This document shows positions 54,311 through 64,000 of a stretch of 64,000 nucleotides of DNA, piece by piece. This DNA is from Macrostomum lignano (Eukaryota). The notes below the pieces were generated by a model. The model saw nothing but the letters and a program-made list of their open reading frames with translations. It ran no database searches and was not told the origin of the DNA. The DNA lies in NCBI GenBank assembly GCA_002269645.1, contig NIVC01000232.1, forward strand, positions 62,001-126,000. Reading direction: 5' to 3'. The position numbers and the translations under genes are program-made. Positions within the stretch are counted from its first letter, which is position 1. Each line of letters opens with the position of its first letter.

Positions 54311-57300
54311 ATGCAAGTTTGCCTTCCCACGGCAAGTGCAATGACTGCATCAGCTGCTGGAGGGCCCGTACCTTCAGCTGTAGCAGATGCGCAAAAGTAC
54401 CTGCTTAGAGCTGCCGCTAATTCTGCTGGCAGTGCGCACAACAATGCTGATTGCAATTATCAGCAGACATCTTTGTCCAATAGTTGCCAAGGACTGTTTC
54501 AGCAATGGAGTTTGGCGTTATTGTCCCAGGTAGTACAGACGTTCGGGTTTATGGAGTTTCAAGTTTGTGAAGTTTCAAGTTTGGGAAGTTTCGGGTTTGT
54601 GAAGTTTCTGGTTTGGGAAGTTTCGGGTTTGGGAAGTTTCAAGTTGACGAAGTTTCAACTTGGATTTCTAAAGTCTAAAGTTAATAAAGCTTTAATGCTT
54701 TTATCTAGATACTTTTGCCATGGCTAGTACCTACAGGTACTTTTCTAATCAAAAATACTGGTACGAACAGTCGACCATAGAGGGAACAAAAAACCTTTTA
54801 AAATTTCCTGCAGCCATCGGAGTTCGCTGCAGCTCAGCTTCAACAGCAGCAGCAACACCAACAGCAGCAACAGCCGCCGCAGCTGCCGCAACAGCAGCAG
54901 CAACAACAGCAACCGACAGATACGGATGCTGCCAACGGCTGTCCGGGCTCGCCAAACTCCGTCAGCGGCGGCAGCAGCGGCGGTGGCGCCGGTGGACCGA
55001 AAAGGCTGCACATCAGCAACATTCCGTTCAAATTTCGCGAGGCCGATCTGAGACAACTGCTCGGGGTGAGCGGATGGTGCATGACTGTCAAAATTCAGCT
55101 ATTTCTATGTCACTTTGGGGCACTTAATCATACGTTCGGACTTCGGGATTTTCTAGTTGTTCAGCGATTCCTTCGGAGCGTTCTAGATTTTTAACCACAC
55201 CTTCAGGATGTTCAATGGGCTTAATGGAGATTCCTTTGGAGCTTTTTAGATGTTTAACAAACCATTGGGATGTTCAAGATGTTTAATGACGATACCTTCG
55301 GAGGGTTTTATGTGTTTAATGATACTTTAGAAACGGTTCTAGGTGTTTCCTTTAGAGCGTTCTAGGTTCTTATGAGTTCAACAACTATTCTTTTAGACCG
55401 TTTGAGGTGTTTGTTTTTTCATTTCCAACAAGACCTTTAGGATTTCTACGATTATGGAAAAACATTGTTCTTTCAAATGACAGTTTAAATAGTAAGACTA
55501 TTTGTTACTTCTACTGCTAACCTGTGCGCTGCCCCAAACGAACTCTCCTTCATTTCAGCCATTCGGTCACATTCTGGATGTTGAGATCATATTTAACGAG
55601 CGCGGATCAAAGGTAAGATTTCGAGCTAGATGAATATTAACGATAAAAAACTATAGGGACAAACATTGTGCGGTTGATTCACCAACAAGATGATGATGCC
55701 GTGTGTAGCATATTGGAAAAAAAATAGCTTGGAAATAACGATGAAGCTTAAGTATAATGTCGCCTCCAGCTTCACTGGGCAAATAATGGATTGCTAGTAA
55801 ATTGCCAATGACCCGAATTTGATACACAAACTCCTCGGTTTTCGCGGGCGATGCTTTTAGTATTTTGCTACTCCATATTCGAATAGTTCCATCTCGAATG
55901 TCGCAAGTATTCTAGGCTTGGCCCTTCAGTGACCCCGTTTTCACGCCTCGCGTCCAATTTCCAGTCGATAATAATGAACGCATTTTATTGATGCCAGTTT
56001 GTTAAGTTTTCTTTCTCTTTTCGGAACTTTTCGGAAAAGTGTGACTTTTCATGATGTTGAAAAATTATTTGACATTTTGGTGTCTCGAATATCCTCACAT
56101 CTTTCTCACTAATTGCAGGAGCAATTCAGACAGCAAAGTGTCAGCCAGTGTCATAGGTACAGTTTATAACACCTTTAAACTTGCCTACCATCCCTTAATC
56201 GAATGCTTTTGTACTTAAGACCGCAGGTTTTTAATAAGGCTCGTAATAACAAAATCAGTCTGAAAGCAATGTTCCTTTATTTTTATTGCACTGGAATTTG
56301 CTGCTAGTAAATTATTTTGAGCTGGCAGACCGCAAAGCCAGTGATTCCTTTTGTTTTACTCCGTGTCTTGCAAAATCCGGAATTAAGCCAAGTTCGATTT
56401 CAGCAAAACAAATTTCATACAATTGTTTTTATTCCTTTCTTTAACTGCCTGACATAATTGCCTGCCGCTAAAAACTTAGCAACAGAAGCAAACATAGAAT
56501 ACGGTTTTGCTTGTTTCTTTCGTATCGAAATCAGATCAAATTATGGTAGTTAAAAAAATTATGGAACCACTAAAGCCGATCTTAAATGATGAAATATAAA
56601 ACATAAAAAAATATTTGGCGATGACTCCATGCTTCTAAATTATAAAAAAATATTTGAAGGCCAAATTAGCTAGATTAGAATTCTTCTGATTTTCACCATA
56701 ATCGAAAGTGATATGAAGCTGGATATTCTTTGTAGATTGTATTAAATATGGCTTCATCAAAGATAAAAATGACATTTAAAATTATTAACAGCTGTAATTT
56801 TTCTTAAATTTCAACTGTTAGTCTCGATAGGCCGCCCACCAAGAGACAGGGACGCCCACCAAGAGACAGGGACACCCACCAAGAGACAGGGACACCCACC
56901 AAGAAACAGGGGCGCCCACCAAGAGACATGGACGCCCAACAAGAGATAGGAACACCCACCAAGAAACAGGGACACCCACCAAGAGACAGGGGCGCCCACC
57001 AAGAGACAGGGACACCCACCAAGAAACAGGGGCGCCCACCAAGAGACATGGACGCCCAACAAGAGATAGGAACACCCACCAAGAAACAGGGACGCCCACC
57101 AAGAGACAGGGGCGCCCACCAAGAGACAGGAACGCCCACCAAGAGACAGGGGCGCCCACCAAGAGACAGGAACGCCCACCAAGAGACAGGAACGCCCCTC
57201 AAGAGATAGGAACACCCACCAAGAAACAGGGGCGCCCACCAAGAAACAGGGGCGCCCACCAAGAAACAGGGGCGCCCACCAAGAGACAGGGCCACCCACC

Positions 57301-58393
57301 AAGAGACAGGAACGCCCACCAAGAGACAGGGGCGCCTACCAAGAGACAGGAACGCCCATCAAGAGACATGGACGCCCAACAAGAGATAGGGCCGCCCACC
57401 AAGAGACAGGGCCGCCCACCAAGAGACAGGGCCGCCCACCAAGAGACAGGAACGCCCACCAAGAGACAGGGACGCCCACCAAGAGACAGGGCCGCCCACC
57501 AAGAGACAGGAACGCCCACCAAGAGACAGGAACGCCCACCAAGAGACAGGAACGCCCACCAAGAGACAGGAACGCCCACCAAGAGACAGGAACGCCCACC
57601 AAGAGACAGGGACACCCACCAAGAGACAGGGCCGCCCACCAAGAGGGCAACATCTTGGGTGTTAGAGGGTTACGTCACTGCAATAAAATTTTCAAACTAA
57701 ATTCGTACTTATCAGCAATATTCGGTTCCATAATTTTGTTTTGCAACTGCCCCATCAAATCACTGTCCGAAAGCATTATGTCGTTCCCTGTCTAACAATC
57801 AGTTCCGATTGCAGCACTAGTGTATAAATAGCTCGTAATTACAAAATTTAGTTTTTCAGAATGCATTTTGCGCATAAACTTACAAAAATCATTTCTGTCG
57901 TCAGACACCCGGAGTGCAGTGGCACATTAGTTCATTTAACAATATGATTTTTCAACTATTTTCTGTTTATTTATAATTGGTGCCCCAACTACCAAAATTT
58001 TCTCCGCTTTCGACTGGCATTGAATGCGATCGCGAGAGGCCATCAGTGTGTTTAGTCAGAGTTGTCTTGTCCAGGTTGCTGTCATATATTCGGTGTAGCA
58101 GATGGTTTCAATTTAGCATTTGTCACCTAAAAAAATCTAAATATTTTCTTCTTCGCTAAATTTTGTGCATGCAAGTCCGTCTGCATCCGAAATGTTTTTT
58201 CTCATTAATTTTTTTTATTTACCTTGATTTTGTAGAGTTGTGTGAATAACTGTTTGCCTTCAGTATCCTGAGGCTGACATGATCCTTAAGTGCTTTGCAA
58301 GGGTCTATGTGTTCCTCTAGATTCTGCTTCTGACTCATCCGTTGATTGCATCTCAGTCTTCATCAACTCTGTAGGTTTTCTCTGTCTCGCTGC

Positions 58394-58427
<34 letters not shown>

Positions 58428-58452
58428 GTGTCTGTCTGTCTGTCTGTCTGTG

Positions 58453-58519
<67 letters not shown>

Positions 58520-58560
58520 GTGTCTGTCTGTGTGTCTGTCTGTCTGTATGTGTGTCTGTA

Positions 58561-58591
<31 letters not shown>

Positions 58592-61175
58592 GTGTCTGTC
58601 TGTGTGTCTGTCTGTCTGTCTGTCTTAATGTCTGTCTGTCTGTCTGCCTGCCTGTCTGGTTGTCAAGCCATTAATCAATTAACAGAATGATTCTATTTGA
58701 AACCACTCATCACCTAAGAAGAGTACCTATAATAGAAATTCATATTCAAAATAAATCCGAAATAAAATTCATCCAGTGCAGCACATCAATTCCATCTTCT
58801 CTATTTAGCGGTGTGTCAGCTGCTTCAACAGAGCGTATTTGCATATATTTAACAGTCGCACGTTCCGTCTCGCATATGTTATAATCCGACCCTGTGAATA
58901 ACTGCAGCAATAATAATTAATAATAATAATTATAATATCTAATAACCAAAGGCGCATTTTTGTACACACTGCCGACACACCAATTAGGGCTTCGGATTTG
59001 TCACCTTTGCCAACAATTCCGATGCCGACCGTGCACGCGAAAGCCTGAATGGCACAGTGGTCGAAGGACGCAAAATTGAGGTTTGCATGCCGCCTCCGCT
59101 GCCCCACCCTCTCTCGGCCTGACCGCGCACCAAATTAAAAAAATCCTGCTTTCTGGATTCGATTTTATCGCTTATTGCATGTCTCTTTCTAGCTTTTTGT
59201 TATACTTATTTACTTATAAATAATTACAACCGTCGTAATACTTAACATTATTTTGGCTAGACGTAAAATTTTAGTAATCAAGGTATTTTAATTTAAAATA
59301 ATTCACTAGCTACTTCAAAACAGAAACAAAAGTACTATCATCCAAAACTTTGTGTAAATAAAACTTTAATTAACATTAGTAAAACATATAATAATGGAGA
59401 AAACCGTTCAGATGAAAATGTCCTCTGATTTTTAAAAAGAATTCTAAGAAATAGCCACAGCAAAGCTGTTTTAACAAAACATATTTTTTTAAATCGAAGC
59501 GAACGTACCTTAATTGACTTTAACAAAAAATTAACAGAATAAGAAACAAATTTACAGTGAACTTGAATCACAGAATGCCATACTTAGACCTTTATTACAA
59601 GAAGTTAGCAAAAATTGTTTGATCTCAACTTTTTGATCTTCTCTTCTGGTACAGCGCACTGCATGTTTAATTTCCGTATTAAAACCGCATCTTGTTTGAT
59701 TCTTTTAAAACTGGTGACGGAGAAGTGTCAGAATCTTTGCAGAGTTTTGTTAAAATTTGCTGATGCTATATTTTTCTGCATGCTTACTAAATGCATTTTG
59801 CGATTGTACTGACACTATTTACGCTGCATGAAGCTTATAAGTTCTGTGTTGTGATCAGATATGAACCATATTTTTGGTAAAACAGTGTCATTTCAAGCCA
59901 AGTTGAATCCCTTCAATGTTGCCACTTTATTACGTATGATCGAATCCATCCACATACTAAAAGTGAATTTATAACAACATTTTCAGGTAAACAATGCCAC
60001 CGCACGAGTGATGACTAAAAAGAAAGACAGCCAAGCCCAGATGAAAGGTGAATATATGCACTCCTAAACATAAATATTGTGTTTTTTGTGAGAATAGTTT
60101 GTAGTATCACCACATTTTTACATTGAAAAATTCAAATAACATGTTATGCATTTAATACTACTACTACTACTATTAAATCGTAGAAATATTTACAGATGTG
60201 CTTCAACAATTTTGTCTGCTCTTGTTTTTGGAACATTTTTAAGGCTGGTTTTTTTCAAAAACGGAAACACTTTGTATGAAAAGTGTAACTAGCCTACAAA
60301 AAGTTATTTTTGCATGACTTAATGAAGCGTGCAATTGGATTATATGTATTTCATAGGTAATAATTGCATAATTTTTAAATAATTGAAAGCTAAGACTGAC
60401 ACTCAATATCTTAGAAGGTAGCTTAGAAGAATAATTAAGCCTTCAAAAAAGTTTCTAGGAAACCGAGTCTTGCAACTTGAAACCATCCAAGTCAAGTCTT
60501 CAAAAGACGGAAAAGTTGAAAAAAATTGTCGGATTTTCTGTGAACTACGAAAATTTGTATTCAACAGAAGCAGTTCATTCATTTCTATGTGGATGTCTAC
60601 TAATACTTGTACTTTTAGCGCTGCCACTACGCGCTTTGGGTCGTCCGCTGGCGTTACCGACCGCGTTTCAAGCCCTGTCGGGCGGCGCCCTGCCCATCCT
60701 CATGCCGTACGGCGCCGCGGCTGCTCCCGCTCCGCCAGCACCGGCACCGCAGATGTTCCAGTTGCCCGGCCCCGCCGGAGGCACCGCGGAGTCGCTGCAG
60801 GCGGCTGTCTACGGGCAGACGGCATACGGCCAGCTGCTTCAACAAGCGGCAGCCGCGGCCGCAGCAGCCGCCGCTGCGTCAACCTACGGCGGCAGTCCAG
60901 CAGCTCAGGTCGCCAACGCCGCGGTGGCCAGCTCCTGCGCTCCCACGGCCGCCGCTTTTCCTCGCTACCTGCCCACCACGGCCGGAGCTCCCAGCGCCGC
61001 CGATCAATTTGCCGCCGCTGCAGCCGCCGCCGCCGCCGCCGCTGCCGGCTTGACCTCGGCTGACCCCATGCGAGGTCTCAGCGCCGCCTACGTCAATGCC
61101 AGCCCGACGGTGTATCGGGCTACGCCAGGTGCGCTGCATCATCAAAGATTTACGCCCTATTCCAGGCCTTTCTAA
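54311..61175 (+). CDS. Rbfox: RNA-binding Fox-1 homolog, 411 aa, exons 54311-54529, 54814-55065, 55559-55612, 58988-59080, 59987-60047, 60619-61175
   Basis: The spliced RRM reads [84 protein letters not shown], the diagnostic RBFOX RRM. It has a Q-rich N-terminus and an A/Y-rich C-terminus with RFTPY. All introns are GT-AG and phase-compatible. Exon 1 is the least certain. Confidence 0.95.
56830..57645. repeat. 20-bp minisatellite CACCAAGAGACAGGGGCGCC in Rbfox intron 3
   Basis: About 40 copies. Confidence 0.95.
58394..58657. repeat. (TCTG)n microsatellite in Rbfox intron 3
   Basis: Run with TGTG interruptions. Confidence 0.95.
59084..59830 (+). promoter_or_regulatory. Cluster of five TGCATG (RBFOX-binding) elements in Rbfox intron 4
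   Basis: TGCATG at 59084, 59176, 59660, 59777 and 59825; the first overlaps donor positions +4 to +9. Confidence 0.75.
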
Positions 61176-64000
61176 TTCGAGTTTTATACGACCTAGATCA
61201 TCCGATGAACTTGATTTTTGGTATGGGCAATGCTAATTCTAATATTGCAGGGTTAGGTTTAGTCTTATATAATATTTCAGTCTTAGGAATATATTTTTCG
61301 TCCATAATAATATCGCAGTTTTCTCAATTTAAAACGTTATAAATTTTTGTTAAATTCGGGCTTGATATTTGACTTTTGTTAAATGGCAAATACGATAGGC
61401 CCTCCACTGCCCGGCCAATCACTTCTCGAATAGAGTGAAGTTTCAATTTTTGTTTAACCGTTACTCTTAAATCCCACTATTAAAGTCTCACGACAGCCTT
61501 CCCTCAAACAGCAAGAAACATTTTTTGTAAGTCACTGATATGTCTGAATGCCCAGCTGCTCACGTATTTCATGTAATTTACGTTTTCAAAAAGCTCTGCT
61601 GCCGCACAGTGCCTATTTAAAAATGAATGAAATGAATTATAATTCTTTTTAGCGATGCAATTCTTACTAATAAAAGCCAATGAATTGTGAATGCCTCTGT
61701 TTAACTATAGCTAGATGAGTATATTGGCAGTATTAAATTTTTATAAACATTTTTGCTTCAATTCTGTAGTTAAAGCACTACTTTTGCACTATTTATAATT
61801 AAAATATTGTTTTATTAACTTTGATTGCACTTAAATATTTTTCAATCTCTTTTGTCCATTCATTTCAGTTTTTTAATGTTTTAATTTAAAACTGCATTCT
61901 CCAGCTAACTTATAATGCTGCAAAAGCAACTCTCCCTAACTCAATAAAATTTTAGAATTGCTACTCTCAGTATAAAATGGGCAGTTTTATAAATTTCTAA
62001 CTTAGTGTACTATAAACACACTGTACATGTATCTTGTCCCCCATTCAGAATGTTTCTTTAAACCTGTTATACTCCAATTGAGCTATAATTGTGAGCAGAT
62101 GTTCGTTACTTTTTTGTCATCTAATAATCTTTTTTTCTTTTAGAATTGAGGCTTACGACGTAAAATGTAGAAGTCAATTACGACGATAATTTGTCTGTTA
62201 TAGATTTTTGGAGCGCTCACAGTTCCCTGGTGCAGTGTAAATACATGTATGCACTATTTATTGCAAAACGTTTTACCGAATTTGAATTTTCCTATAAGTT
62301 TGTAAAACTAAATAGGTACAGAAAGTTTTTATTCACTCACACTGTCTATAATTTTTCTTTAAAAAACTGCCATTTAAAGTAGCTTGAGTTAACATGTATC
62401 TTTCTGTTATATAAATAAATCTCAAATATACACTTGCATACATCTGTGCATGTATCTTCAAGCGAAACTGCTTAAAGAAGCGAATTCAAGTGCAATATAA
62501 TTAGAAACATGTACCAATTTTTAGCGCACATTTTGAACTTTATTTAGTTCTTTATCAGCTAGACATTGTTACTTGCACTAAATCCAGCTAGAGGGTCGTT
62601 TTAATGCAAAACTAATAGAGATCTCAGACTCTGACTAAAATATAGGATCGTACTATACAAATCAGATGGTACGGGGAGAGTAATGTAAAGTTCAGCTAGT
62701 ATTACCACATCAGGTGCATAAATTCCAGGCTCTTTTTAATAGATTTGTTTTGACTTATAAACAAGCGTTTTTACTCACTTTAAAGTTCATTATACAAAGT
62801 CAACGAATTTACTGTGTACTCTCCAGATTGGTAAAGCAATAAAGTGCGTGTGCATTTATACAATGATCGATACATTACTTGTCTATGCACGTGTCCATAC
62901 GTGTGAATTTTTGTAACTAAGCGGGGTTAGTAAATTATAATAACCATAAGCTGCATCCTTCCTACAAGCTTTAAGAACGATTAACTCACGATAATTTTGA
63001 AAGTTCACGGCACATAATTTACCGTGACGTTTAAAACAAAATAATTTATCATTCTTGTCAATTAAGCTTTAGCTGTGTCTAAATACTTTATTATATGTTT
63101 TAAGAAAGTACTTTTGTGTGAAAAACGTTTGAAAACCTTAACTTTAGTTCTGTATCTAAGCAAAGAAAGAGTTTAATTTTAATTTACGTAGTTTATTTTC
63201 TTTTAAATGCAATCGAATTCGGCTTTGACCGTTATTCGTATGCTTACGGACCTATCCACGGTCTAAGCAACCTTTATTTCTTATTTTATTATTTTTTAGG
63301 TGCATTGTTACTATAATATTATTAAATCATTCTTAATTTTAGCATACCTTACAAAGTAATCAAATTTAACTTTGAACCTTGTTTGAGATCGAGACATTGC
63401 ATCGCCTATCTTTTAAGGTTTAAGCAAAAATGAGATTCGATGAAACTATAAAAAATAAACTTAATTTTAGGCATGGTATTTGATAAAAAATATAAAAACT
63501 ATTTTACAATTCAGGTCGAGTGAAACTTCTTGCTACTGCTTTTCTATAACATTTTAGCAGAAACTTCGCTCTATTACGGCAAAAATAAAGCTGAATGTGC
63601 TGAAGCCTTCTGTTATATTGAAGTTAAACCTACATATCAATTTATATTGTGCTAGTATTTTTAACGATTATACATATTGCGAGAATATTCATATATTTTT
63701 GCTTTTTAAATAACTTCAACAAATGTCTATTTCCATACTTATTTGACTTTTAGAGTAATTACAGTGTTGCCTACTTTTACTGCCATAATTTAATAAGACA
63801 ATGAGTAGACTACCTTCCTTAGAATAATAGTATTGCTTGCTTAAAATTTTATTGCTAAGCTTACAAAAATATAACAAAATGTTTTAGAGACAATAATTAT
63901 GTTCTGTTTCTTAATTGATATTTAATGGATTTTTAGTTTAAGACAAAATTATTTATTTTGGAAATAGTTCATGAGTAACTCAGCATGCTATAATCGAAAA

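Overview
Animal genomic DNA, not prokaryotic: GT-AG introns and very dense micro- and minisatellites. The repeat load and gene style would fit a free-living flatworm such as Macrostomum, but that is inference only. Two genes can be fully reconstructed from splice sites and reading frame. The first is a 3-exon gene at 694-5125 (+) encoding a 1374-aa protein with about 20 ankyrin-like repeats fused to a Mab-21/cGAS-like nucleotidyltransferase whose catalytic motifs are intact. The second is a 6-exon Rbfox (Fox-1 family) gene at 54311-61175 (+), with five TGCATG sites in the intron after its 93-nt RRM exon. There is also an intronless 409-aa orphan ORF (19600-20829, -) and weaker evidence for a small secreted peptide and scattered exons at 23-35 kb. 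Mobile DNA comprises a hAT-type MITE with a perfect 8-bp TSD, a second hAT-like element with a nested STPR-repeat Helitron fragment, a decayed non-LTR retrotransposon piece, a CORE-type SINE, and an internally deleted THAP/P-element with three-block inverted ends and a 7-bp TSD just upstream of Rbfox. About 40% of the window is tandem repeat, and eight different minisatellite unit types share a GGC(G/A)C(C/T) core. Most ORFs in the supplied track are repeat-translation artefacts.
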